Positions 41,385-50,070 of a DNA stretch of 64,000 nucleotides are shown in pieces. A model generated the notes under the pieces. That model had not been told where the DNA came from. It was given only the letters and a program-made list of their open reading frames with translations, and searched no databases. This stretch comes from an uncultured delta proteobacterium (lineage in GTDB: Bacteria; Desulfobacterota; Binatia; Binatales; Binataceae): positions 1-64,000 of the forward strand of contig CAWJET010000001.1 of NCBI GenBank assembly GCA_963842085.1, in the 5' to 3' direction. The translations under genes and the position numbers were made by a program. Each line of letters opens with the position of its first letter. The first letter of the stretch is position 1.

Positions 41385-42526
41385 CGGTCAGTCGCGAAAC
41401 GATGACATCTGGCAACAATGGCGATGGCGACACGCGTTTGTCGGTGCGCATCGCGCATCGGACCTCGCACAGCTTCGTCCTCGAGGCCGGGTTCGAGGCG
41501 TCGGCCGGCTTTACGATGTTCCTGGGGCCGTCGGGCGCGGGCAAGACTACACTGCTGAATTGTCTTGCGGGATTGGTGCGGCCCGATGCGGGGCGAATAG
41601 CTCTCGGCCCGCGGGTGCTATTCGATTCGGACAAACGCATCGACATGCCAGTCGCGCAGCGGCAATTGGGATACGTGTTTCAGAATCTCGCGTTGTTTCC
41701 CCATCTGACGGTCGCGCAAAACGTTCAGTACGGGATCACGAAGGTGCAGACCGCGGAGCGGCGCGCGCGGATGACGGCGATGCTCGAGTCGTTTCGAATC
41801 GCGCACTTGCTCGCGCGCAAGCCCGGCGAGATTTCCGGCGGTGAGCGCCAGCGCGTCGCGCTCGCGCGCTCGCTGGTGACGAATCCGGCCGCGCTGATGC
41901 TCGACGAACCGCTGGCCGCACTCGACCACGCGACCAAATCGAAAATCCTCGACGACCTGCGCGCCTGGAATGCGGCCCATGAAATTCCCATCCTGTACGT
42001 AACGCATTCGCCCGACGAGGCATTCGCACTCGGAGAGCGGGTCGTAGTGCTCGAAGGCGGACGCATCCTTGCGCAAGGGATGCCGCAACACGTACTGACG
42101 ACGCCGCGTCACGAAACAATCGCGCAGGTAGTGGGCTTCGAAAACGTCTTCGACGCAACAGTAAAATCGATCGCCGAAACCCAGGGCACGGTCCTCTGCC
42201 AACTTGACGGCACCCCAACTCATCTGGAAGTCCCGCTAGGTCACGCTGGGATAGGAGCGCGAGTAAAAATAGCAATCCGCGCCGGCGATATAATCATAGC
42301 GAGCGAACAACCGCACAATCTAAGCGCCCGCAACTCATTCCCAGGCCGAGTCATATCAATACGCCGCGAAGGCGTGAGGGTAGTAGTAACGATAGAAGCA
42401 GGCGCAAACTTCGAGGTCCACCTCACGCCAGCCGCAATCGACGCGCTGCGAATTGAAGCCGAAAAACAAATCTGGTTGGTAATCAAGACCTACTCGTGCA
42501 ACCTGGTCGAGCCTTCAGCGCGATAG
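41381..42526 (+). CDS. modC: Molybdate ABC transporter ATPase
   Basis: GPSGAGKT, SGGERQR, LDEP, SARN TOBE domain. Confidence 0.92.
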   Translation: MTVSRETMTSGNNGDGDTRLSVRIAHRTSHSFVLEAGFEASAGFTMFLGPSGAGKTTLLNCLAGLVRPDAGRIALGPRVLFDSDKRIDMPVAQRQLGYVFQNLALFPHLTVAQNVQYGITKVQTAERRARMTAMLESFRIAHLLARKPGEISGGERQRVALARSLVTNPAALMLDEPLAALDHATKSKILDDLRAWNAAHEIPILYVTHSPDEAFALGERVVVLEGGRILAQGMPQHVLTTPRHETIAQVVGFENVFDATVKSIAETQGTVLCQLDGTPTHLEVPLGHAGIGARVKIAIRAGDIIIASEQPHNLSARNSFPGRVISIRREGVRVVVTIEAGANFEVHLTPAAIDALRIEAEKQIWLVIKTYSCNLVEPSAR

Positions 42527-42596
42527 AAAGTCTTTCACTTACAAGGTGCCGCGTGCGCGACTGTGCGAGTCATTAGAATTCGGCGACGATTTGGAC

Positions 42597-42673
42597 TGGC
42601 GCCCCCTGCGGGATTCGAACCCACGGCCCCAGGATTAGGAATCCTGTGCTCTATCCATCTGAGCTAAGGGGGC
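42597..42673 (-). tRNA. tRNA-Arg(CCT)
   Basis: GCCCCCTTAGCTCAGATGGATAGAGCACAGGATTCCTAATCCTGGGGCCGTGGGTTCGAATCCCGCAGGGGGCGCCA; full cloverleaf with CCA. Confidence 0.96.
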
Positions 42674-42694
42674 GCTCCAAAATATATCGCAATA

Positions 42695-43948
42695 TCAGGT
42701 ATTTATGGCGCTTATTGATTTGGGTCGGCCGTTACGACCAGATTCAGTGCCCACTTTTTGCCCACTTTTCTTCGGGTTCGCCAAAAAGCCTTGCGCGAAC
42801 CGATCGACCGCGCCGGTATCAGCATCCTTGAACCAGTGCGAGTAAACCCTGAGCGTGACGGCCGGATTCGAATGCCCTAGCCGGTGTTGAACTTCGGTGA
42901 TGGGTGCGCCAGCGGCGATGAGTCCGCTCGCGTACGAGTGCCGCAAGGTCTTGACGTTAGCGCCTCGGAGCTCTGCGCGACGCAGCGCCGGATAGAGGCC
43001 CTGGCGCAGAACGTTCGAGCGATGCAGCGGTTGTCCGTCGACCCGACAAAATACGAGATCGTGCTCGGACTGCGGACTCTGCAGTTTCCAGACCTTCAAC
43101 ATCGCTACCAGCGCCGTAGGTAGTGGCAGCGTGCGATAGCCTGAACGCGTCTTAGGTTCGTAAAATTTCGGCCGCACGCGACCCTTCTCCTCCAATCCAC
43201 GCGACCAAGAAAGCGAGCGCCGTACGGAGAGTCGAGCGGCGTCGAGCGAAACGTCGCTCCACTTCAAGGCATAGACTTCCTCAGGCCGCATGCCCGTCGC
43301 CGCGACCGTGGCAAAGAGAGTCCGATAAAGGCCGGGCGCGGCGTGATTGAGCAGCTTCTTGATCTCGTCGGCGCGCAAAACCTCGTCGGGACGAACGGCG
43401 CGCAATCCCTTGCCGCTTTCGTCGGTTCCGTCGGCGACAGTTAATTCCGCAACCGCCCTGCGCGGCCGCTCCGCGATTGCCGCCGGATTGTTAGCGACCC
43501 AGCCACGGCGCTGAGCAAGTTTGAATACTGCGGCGCAGGTGGTCAGGACCGCGCTTATCGTTTTCGCTCCCAAGTTTGCGCGCAATTCATCGCGCACACG
43601 CTCGACCGCGGCTACGTCAATCCGATCGAGCCGGACGTTGTCGAGCTTGGCGAGGTGTTTGAGATGGACGCGCCATCCTTGCACGGTTGCTGGATGGCGA
43701 TCGCCCTTCTCGCGCAACCATTCCTCGCCGGCCTTCCCGAACGTGGGAATTTTCTCCGGCGAGATATATTCGCCGCGCGCGACCTTGGTTGCCGTTGCTG
43801 CGAGATGTTTTTCGGCTGCCTTCTTGGTCGGGAATTCAATCCGCTTCCGAGGTCCTGCGAGTCCTTGCGGCCGGTAGTCGAGTCGCCAGGGACAATCGCA
43901 ATCGCCGCCCACACACGTCGCTTGGTGATACCGTTTGATCAAAGCCAT
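42695..43948 (-). CDS. int: Tyrosine integrase
   Basis: TGMRPEE, PKT, TLRHSY, LGHSNPAVTLRVYSH; N-terminal arm-binding-like region. Confidence 0.93.
   Translation of the reverse strand: MALIKRYHQATCVGGDCDCPWRLDYRPQGLAGPRKRIEFPTKKAAEKHLAATATKVARGEYISPEKIPTFGKAGEEWLREKGDRHPATVQGWRVHLKHLAKLDNVRLDRIDVAAVERVRDELRANLGAKTISAVLTTCAAVFKLAQRRGWVANNPAAIAERPRRAVAELTVADGTDESGKGLRAVRPDEVLRADEIKKLLNHAAPGLYRTLFATVAATGMRPEEVYALKWSDVSLDAARLSVRRSLSWSRGLEEKGRVRPKFYEPKTRSGYRTLPLPTALVAMLKVWKLQSPQSEHDLVFCRVDGQPLHRSNVLRQGLYPALRRAELRGANVKTLRHSYASGLIAAGAPITEVQHRLGHSNPAVTLRVYSHWFKDADTGAVDRFAQGFLANPKKSGQKVGTESGRNGRPKSISAINT
42744..42765 (+). repeat. Tandem 11-bp arm-type sites inside the int 3' end
   Basis: TCAGTGCCCAC TTTTTGCCCAC, ~98 bp from the tRNA-Arg anticodon stem. 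Confidence 0.65.
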
Positions 43949-44148
43949 TAGTCCCCTCCCCTCTTCCCCGTACGCGCCCGGCGGTCGGCAGCGATTTTTT
44001 GGAGGAGTCTGGCGGCGGGCTCGGAGATCGCCATTTCGCCGCGCTCCCAGCGGGCTACCGTGTTCGAGGTTACTCCAATGGCCTCGGCCAAGGCCATCTG
44101 AGTCCAGCCCAATTTTTCTCTGAATGCACGAATTTCCACACCGGTCAT
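43948..44148 (-). CDS. XRE-family HTH regulator, coupled to int
   Basis: IRAFREKLGWTQMALAEAIGVTSNTVARWERG; TAATG overlap with int. Confidence 0.88.
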   Translation of the reverse strand: MTGVEIRAFREKLGWTQMALAEAIGVTSNTVARWERGEMAISEPAARLLQKIAADRRARTGKRGGD

Positions 44149-44186
44149 ACTATACGCAGCGTATAGTATGACTAAGCGGAAGTCAA
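44144..44186 (-). promoter_or_regulatory. Sigma-70 promoter overlapped by a perfect 14-bp inverted repeat
   Basis: TTGACT-17-TACGCT, 9 nt before the ATG; GTCATACTATACGC-A-GCGTATAGTATGAC at 44144-44172. Confidence 0.7.
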
Positions 44187-44587
44187 GCGGCTTGGCTGGC
44201 GCGTTGTGTGAGAAAGCGCTCGACTTCTTCGAGTCTGAAGCGAACGTAGTGACCGAGTTTGAACGATGGGAGAATGCCGAGGCGAGCCTGTTCTCTAACC
44301 CACGATTCTGGAACGCCGAAGAGCTCGGCGAGTTCGCGCGCGCCCAACAATTTACTTCCGGCGTGGCTGAGGCCTTTCGTCGCGATGCGCTCGCTGAGCA
44401 TCAGCGAAAGCAGCGCACCTTCCAGTGTTTTGAGCGCCGCAACGCGCAACGCGACCTGGCTCAAGAGTTCCGGGACCGACTCGAGGACCAAGCCTCTTGT
44501 GCGCGATGGATCGGCGAGGAGTTCCTCGATAGTTGCGGGCGACAGTGTAGCCCGCGGCGCAACTTGGTGCGGCGCTTGATGCGACAT
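44183..44587 (-). CDS. Excisionase-like HTH_17 protein
   Basis: LLGARELAELFGVPESWVREQARLGILPSFKLGHYVRFRLEEVERFL; GGGAGG RBS. Confidence 0.8.
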   Translation of the reverse strand: MSHQAPHQVAPRATLSPATIEELLADPSRTRGLVLESVPELLSQVALRVAALKTLEGALLSLMLSERIATKGLSHAGSKLLGARELAELFGVPESWVREQARLGILPSFKLGHYVRFRLEEVERFLTQRASQAA

Positions 44588-44644
44588 AAACCCTCCCAAG
44601 GTCGCAAGCACACCACAACCACACATTCATCCTAGAAGTCATTG

Positions 44645-44660
44645 AGCAACTGCAGTGCCG
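44645..44660 (-). promoter_or_regulatory. Sigma-54 promoter for the excisionase-like gene
   Basis: CGGCAC-TGCAG-TTGCT (GG-N10-GC), ~58 bp upstream of the ATG. Confidence 0.68.
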
Positions 44661-44764
44661 CTTTTGGATTCCATGCGCACGGCGTGACCGTTTATGTTCA
44701 GGCCGTTCTGATCGAGACGGCGTGGACCGATTTGGCGATCAAACGGCCAAGACGCGTGTGTGCA

Positions 44765-44852
44765 TGTGCAATCTTTGCACACACAATCGCAAGTGTCCGT
44801 GGCGATTTCGGAATTTGGCCTGCTCGCGCTACATATGTGCAAACTTTGCACA
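44765..44852. promoter_or_regulatory. Two palindromic enhancer (UAS)-like sites
   Basis: TGTGCA-ATCTT-TGCACA at 44765 and TGTGCA-AACTT-TGCACA at 44836, 71 bp apart. Confidence 0.7.
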
Positions 44853-45055
44853 CTGAGCGCCGCGCGTTCGGCGGAACAGTCTAGGTCGCTCGCTCTGTGA
44901 CGCGGGTGCTGAGGTTGAGCGATCAATGGAAACACAATGGGTTGTCGATATCGCTCCCTGAAGTCCGAGTTAGGGCGGGAAAGGAAGCCGTCGCCAAGAG
45001 TAGCTGAGGCTACTATTAAGATTCCGTGAACAGCAGAATGTAACCAAAATTAACC

Positions 45056-45086
45056 TGTTGACAACTTATCCACAGCCCGATTATTT
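45056..45086 (+). promoter_or_regulatory. Sigma-70 promoter containing a perfect DnaA box
   Basis: TTGACA(45058)-17-TTATTT; TTATCCACA at 45066-45074. Confidence 0.6.
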
Positions 45087-45141
45087 TCTGCGAACGTGCT
45101 GGCGGGGGTGGGGGTTGTGATTTTGATCTCGCGAGCGAACA

Positions 45142-46122
45142 TTGGTTGGTCAGTCGCTAGCGATACGCCGGGCCATACGCCTGATCGAAGAAGCCGCTCT
45201 TACGAGCGCGCCGGTGATCATCACTGGCGAGAGCGGTACGGGGAAAGAGCTGGCCGCACGCGCGATCCACGACAGATCGCCGCGGCAAAACCGACCGTAC
45301 GTCGCAATCAATTGCGCGGCAGTCCCTGAAAGCCTGATCGAAAGCGAACTCTTCGGCCACGAGCGCGGGGCCTTCACGGGCGCTGATCGCCGCCGCGAGG
45401 GATGCTTCGAGCGGGCGAACGGCGGCAGCCTTCTGCTCGACGAGATCACCGAGATGCGGCCGGAGATGCAGGCCAAACTGCTCCGTGTTCTCGAAGAGAA
45501 GAGAATTCTCCGTCTCGGCGCGAGCAGAGAGCTGCCGATCGACGTGCGGGTCTTCGCCGCATCCAATCGTTCGCTGCATCAATCGATCCGCCAGGGGCGA
45601 TTGCGCGAGGACCTCTACTACCGTCTTAACGTTTACACAGTCGAGCTGCCTCCGCTGCGCGACCGGCTCGAGGATTTGCCTTTGCTCGTCGGGCACTTCA
45701 TTCAGGAATTCAATCGGGAACACAAGAAAAGGGTCCAAGGAATGGGCCAAGACTGTCTCGATGTCCTCCGAGCGCACGCGTGGCCCGGAAACGTTCGAGA
45801 GTTGCGCAATGTCGTTCAACGCGCGGTGATCAGATGCCCATCTCCTATGCTGTCGGCTAAAGATTTGCCGATGGAGTCCGTTCCTTCTCATAACGCGGAA
45901 GCGCACTTCATGGTTCGCGTTGGCTCGGCAATGTGCGAGGTCGAACGCGAGTTGATTTTCCGGACCTTGGCCTTCGCCGGAGGAAATAAGGCTCGCGCAT
46001 CCAATCTTCTCGGTATGAGCCGGCGGAATCTTTACAATCGGCTTCAACGGTATGAGGTGCACGAAACGAATGGACATCTCAAGGGACACGCTTATCGTAA
46101 CGGCCGCAATGGTAGCTCGTGA
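45142..46122 (+). CDS. Sigma-54 enhancer-binding protein lacking a sensory domain
   Basis: GESGTGKE, ESELFGHERGAFTGA, LDEI, REDLYYRL, WPGNVREL, Fis-type HTH; no receiver/GAF/PAS domain. Confidence 0.92.
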   Translation: MVGQSLAIRRAIRLIEEAALTSAPVIITGESGTGKELAARAIHDRSPRQNRPYVAINCAAVPESLIESELFGHERGAFTGADRRREGCFERANGGSLLLDEITEMRPEMQAKLLRVLEEKRILRLGASRELPIDVRVFAASNRSLHQSIRQGRLREDLYYRLNVYTVELPPLRDRLEDLPLLVGHFIQEFNREHKKRVQGMGQDCLDVLRAHAWPGNVRELRNVVQRAVIRCPSPMLSAKDLPMESVPSHNAEAHFMVRVGSAMCEVERELIFRTLAFAGGNKARASNLLGMSRRNLYNRLQRYEVHETNGHLKGHAYRNGRNGSS

Positions 46123-46223
46123 AGAAACTTCGCCTCGCGTCGCGGGGCCACTAATCGTCCAACCATCTCTGAGCGTTTGCAATTGCAAACGCTGGGCCGA
46201 GGCTCTTTTGCTACACGCGCTGT

Positions 46224-46451
46224 GTGGCAAACGAGGAGGCTCTATTCCGCCGGAGGCTGCGCGAGATCGTCATTCAGAAGTACGGCTCGCTCGATCGCTT
46301 CTATCTTGAAACCGATTTCTCCAAGGGGCACCTGTCTCAGATTCTGCGTGGCAAGCGCAGCCCCTCACTCACGACGATCGTGAAGCTTGCCCGAGCCCTC
46401 GACGTTCAGATCGGTGATTTCTTCGCGAGGCAGCAAAAGACGAGACTGTAA
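46224..46451 (+). CDS. XRE-family HTH protein
   Basis: SKGHLSQILRGKRSPSLTTIVKLARALDV. Confidence 0.78.
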   Translation: MANEEALFRRRLREIVIQKYGSLDRFYLETDFSKGHLSQILRGKRSPSLTTIVKLARALDVQIGDFFARQQKTRL

Positions 46452-46733
46452 TTTCGCCGTTATTCGAACCCGTCCACGCGCGCTGGCCCCGACCTCAGGG
46501 TCCCGTGAAATTGAAAACCCCAGTTCCTATTTCAAGATTAATCGTGTCTCATTGATGGCCTTACTGTCGGCGTGAGGTGCGTCGCGCGCCGCTTGACCAC
46601 GATCCGCAATCAAAAGTAGTTAATTGAATGACATCGCATCGAAAAATCCCGTGCCGAGGAACGGCGGCGCTCGGCTCGAACAAAAATCCGGACGTATTTC
46701 GATTTCTGGCGATCCTCTCTCACGCTCAAACCG

Positions 46734-47597
46734 ATGACGAGTAACCGTGCGATCGCCGCGGCGATGGGCGCTGCTGCAGCGCTTGGCCTGAAAGTCCATG
46801 ATGCGATCGTGCTCCAGGAGTCGAACAAGCTCGCTGTGCGCCTGCTGCCGTGCGACGTTCTTGCTCGGGTCGCGGAGGAGCGCATCAAGCACTGGGCGGA
46901 GTTCGAAGTCGAGCTTGGTTTACGGCTCGCGGAAACAGGGAGCCCTGTAGCAGCGCTTGACCCTCGGGTCGCGCCGGCCGTCTACGTGCGTGACGGCTTT
47001 GTGGTCACGCTGTGGACATACTACGAACCTGTGCCGTCCCGAGAGTTCGCGCCAGCCGACTACGCGCACGCGCTCGAACGGCTGCATGACTGCATGCGGC
47101 AGATCGACTTCCCTACCCCGCACTTTACGGATCGAATCACCGACGCCCAACGGCTTATCGGAAGCCGCGACCAGACTCCAGAGCTCGTTGACGCGGACCG
47201 TGAGCTTCTCAGCAACACGTTACGAAGTCTGCGGCAGGCGATCAGCACCCGCGGGCGCCCCGAACAACTCCTGCACGGCGAGCCACACCCGGGCAACGTG
47301 CTCAGGACGAAGAAGGGCCTGGTGTTCATAGACCTCGAGACCTGTTGCCGCGGGCCCGTGGAGTTCGATCTCGCCTACGTGCCCGAAGAGGTGATCGTGC
47401 TCTACCGGAGCACCGATCAACAACTGCTCCGCGAATGCCGGATCCTGATGCTTGCGATGGTCGCAGCATGGCGCTGGGATCGAAACGACCGATTCCCCAA
47501 CGGGCGACAAGCAGCGCGAGAATTCGTCAGCGAGCTCCGGGCGGCACTGTCGGGCGCACCCTTCTCGACGCACTTGCCGCGCTGGACTGACACCTGA
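46734..47597 (+). CDS. APH/choline kinase-like phosphotransferase
   Basis: LHGEPHPGN, FIDLE, GPVEFDLA. Confidence 0.85.
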   Translation: MTSNRAIAAAMGAAAALGLKVHDAIVLQESNKLAVRLLPCDVLARVAEERIKHWAEFEVELGLRLAETGSPVAALDPRVAPAVYVRDGFVVTLWTYYEPVPSREFAPADYAHALERLHDCMRQIDFPTPHFTDRITDAQRLIGSRDQTPELVDADRELLSNTLRSLRQAISTRGRPEQLLHGEPHPGNVLRTKKGLVFIDLETCCRGPVEFDLAYVPEEVIVLYRSTDQQLLRECRILMLAMVAAWRWDRNDRFPNGRQAAREFVSELRAALSGAPFSTHLPRWTDT

Positions 47598-47711
47598 ATC
47601 GCTGGTGGACGATAAAATTGGAGCTAGTTCGTCGAGCTCTTTGCCCCACTAAGTAATGATTGTTGGTTCCAAGGTTACGACCGATGTAAGTACAGGTCTC
47701 GCGCGCCGCCC

Positions 47712-49097
47712 CTAACGCGCTGATTTTGGCGGAACGTAAGGGTCGGGAGTGCCCGGTGGAATAGGCGGCTCCTTCTTCAAGGACGCGAGATGTTCAGCTA
47801 GCGACTTGGTGATGGGGAAGCGGGCCCACAAAACTTCAAGTACGCGCGGATCGGTTGGATGTTCTTCCTTGGGATCGGTCAGGAGATCGAAGAATAGCGG
47901 AGTACTGTAAGTACTCACCGGTTCGCCGAAGCCTTTCGAAAACGTCTTCATCATCATTTTCCAGTCGCGCCACTTGACGCCGAAAAGGTCGTTGCCGACA
48001 TAGATGATGACCGAATCTCTGTTCGAGCGCGGCTGGCTGCCGGTGAGAAAGTCGAGTTGGTCGACGCCGTCGATGATGCGGTCGTCGGGCACCTTGCCCC
48101 CGGCGATTCGGGCGAGCGTGGGAAAGAGATCCATTTCATGGATAATCTCGTTGCTGACGGCTTCGGGCGGAATGTGGCCCGGCCAGCGCATTAGGAACGG
48201 TACTCGGAGAGAGCCTTCCATAGCCGTGAAGTAGGTGCCCCGCCACGGTCCGCTGAAGCCGTAGTATGGTTCGAACATTTCGGGACCGTTGTCCGAGGTG
48301 AAGATGAAAATCGTGTTGTCACGCACGCCCATCTGGTCGATGGCGTCGAGGAGACGACCCGCGTAGTCGTCCATCTGTACAAGCACGTCAGCGAAGTCGC
48401 CGTTTCCGGTTTTACCCTGGAACGGAGCTTCCGGCAGAGTCGGAAAATGAAGTTGCGTGTAGGGAATGTAGGCGAAGAAGGGATTGTGGTCCGTGACACT
48501 GCGCTGCATGAAGTCGATGGCCCGCTCCGTCAGCTCCCGGTCGATCGTTCTCCGCTCATTCAGATCGTAGACCTTTACATTTTTTGGTGTTTCTCCTTTA
48601 CGTGCTTCCATCACTTGCTCAAATTTCGCCAGAGGACTCGAGTCGGAGCGGAAGCGCGAACTCTGCGGCCAAAACGACTCGTCGGATGAATTCGGTATGC
48701 CGTACCATTCGTCGAATCCCCGGTCGGTTGGAAAGCGCCCCGGTGTGTCGCCGAGATGCCATTTGCCGAATGCACCCGTGGCGTAGCCGTTCTGGGACAG
48801 CATTTCCGAGAGCGTGACTTCCCATCGGGTCAAACCGTAATTCTCGGCGAAAAGCGGCACTGTGCCGTTGCCGGTGCGCACGGCGTATCGTCCCGTCATC
48901 AGAGCCGCGCGGCTGGGTGTGCACTGGGCCTCGACGTTGAAATTGAGCGCGCGGAATCCTTCGGCTGCCAGCCTATCGAGCCGGGGCGTCGGAGCGCCTC
49001 GCAGGATGCCTCCTCCATAAACGCCAAGTTCGCCCCAACCAAGATTATCCATCAGCACCAAAACGATGTTGGGTTTCGCGCCCTGTTCTGAATTCAT
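47712..49097 (-). CDS. Arylsulfatase (Cys-type)
   Basis: KPNIVLVLMDNLG, CTPSRAALMTG, GKWHLG, TSDNG. Confidence 0.92.
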   Translation of the reverse strand: MNSEQGAKPNIVLVLMDNLGWGELGVYGGGILRGAPTPRLDRLAAEGFRALNFNVEAQCTPSRAALMTGRYAVRTGNGTVPLFAENYGLTRWEVTLSEMLSQNGYATGAFGKWHLGDTPGRFPTDRGFDEWYGIPNSSDESFWPQSSRFRSDSSPLAKFEQVMEARKGETPKNVKVYDLNERRTIDRELTERAIDFMQRSVTDHNPFFAYIPYTQLHFPTLPEAPFQGKTGNGDFADVLVQMDDYAGRLLDAIDQMGVRDNTIFIFTSDNGPEMFEPYYGFSGPWRGTYFTAMEGSLRVPFLMRWPGHIPPEAVSNEIIHEMDLFPTLARIAGGKVPDDRIIDGVDQLDFLTGSQPRSNRDSVIIYVGNDLFGVKWRDWKMMMKTFSKGFGEPVSTYSTPLFFDLLTDPKEEHPTDPRVLEVLWARFPITKSLAEHLASLKKEPPIPPGTPDPYVPPKSAR

Positions 49098-49115
49098 TTT
49101 CCTTGCCTCTAAGCG

Positions 49116-49997
49116 CTAGGGAATCTGCTCGCGGATGAACTTGCCGATGCCCTCGATCGCTTGCTGGGCCTCGGGCAGGACGCCGGCGTATGACTGAAAA
49201 CGATGAATCATTTCCGGCCAGACTTCGAGTTTGACCTGAACTCCGGCTGCACGCGCGCGTTGGGCGAGGCGGTTCGAGTCGTCCAGCAGAACCTCGTGAT
49301 CGCCAACCTGAATCAGCAGCGGTGGGAATCCCTTGGGATCGGCATAAAGCGGAGAGGCCAGCGGGACGCGCGGATTCGCGCCGGCCAGGTAAGCGTTCGC
49401 CAGCAGTCCGACGCCGTCGGGCGTGAAAATCGGATCGACATCCTTGCGTGTTTTCATCGACTCGCCCGTAAACTCCAAATCGATCATCGGCGAGAGGCAG
49501 ACCGCCGCCGCAGGCGTCGCGAGTCCGGCGTCGCGGCCCGCAACCAATATCGCGAGCGCCAACGCGGCGCCTGCAGAATCTCCCGCTATAGCGATGCGCG
49601 ATGGAGGCAGTCCCTGTGCGAGCAAGAACCGATAGCCCGCGACAGAGTCGTCCACCGCGGCCGGAAACGGATGCTCGGGTGCAAGGCGATAGTCCAATCC
49701 CAGCACGCGGGCCTGCGCGGCGCGCGAGATGCGGCCCATCAGATTGCGATGGGTATTCAGGGAGCCCATTACATAGCCGCCGCCATGTAAGTAGAGCACG
49801 ACGCGATCGGCGGCAGCGCCCGGCGCGTTGATCCATTCCGCCTTGACTCCATTGGCAAGAACGGGCTCGCATTTGATGTCGGGTTCCGCCGGCCGCGCCA
49901 TCTGTTCGTTGAGCGCGCGCATCTCCGCAATGCTTCCAGCCTTACTGATCAGGGCTTTTATCGTGTCGATTACCTGCTGCAACTGTGGACTCGCCAT
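49116..49997 (-). CDS. Alpha/beta hydrolase (HSL-like esterase)
   Basis: HGGGY, YRLAPEH, GDSAG, EVLLDD, MIH. Confidence 0.92.
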   Translation of the reverse strand: MASPQLQQVIDTIKALISKAGSIAEMRALNEQMARPAEPDIKCEPVLANGVKAEWINAPGAAADRVVLYLHGGGYVMGSLNTHRNLMGRISRAAQARVLGLDYRLAPEHPFPAAVDDSVAGYRFLLAQGLPPSRIAIAGDSAGAALALAILVAGRDAGLATPAAAVCLSPMIDLEFTGESMKTRKDVDPIFTPDGVGLLANAYLAGANPRVPLASPLYADPKGFPPLLIQVGDHEVLLDDSNRLAQRARAAGVQVKLEVWPEMIHRFQSYAGVLPEAQQAIEGIGKFIREQIP

Positions 49998-50070
49998 CGT
50001 CGGAAACACTCCTTTGTTGGTAAAGCGCGCCGACCAGCGCGCGTTTTTTGGAAACTAGCCCGAGTCTCCC

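Noticed and set aside
46734-47597. Aminoglycoside resistance gene
   Set aside because: Only generic APH/choline kinase-fold motifs; no basis for a resistance call.
47641-47690. TTGCCCCACT / GTTACGACC as the right att end of the island
   Set aside because: Single degenerate match with no tandem pair or tRNA core; ardC/ssb continue beyond it.
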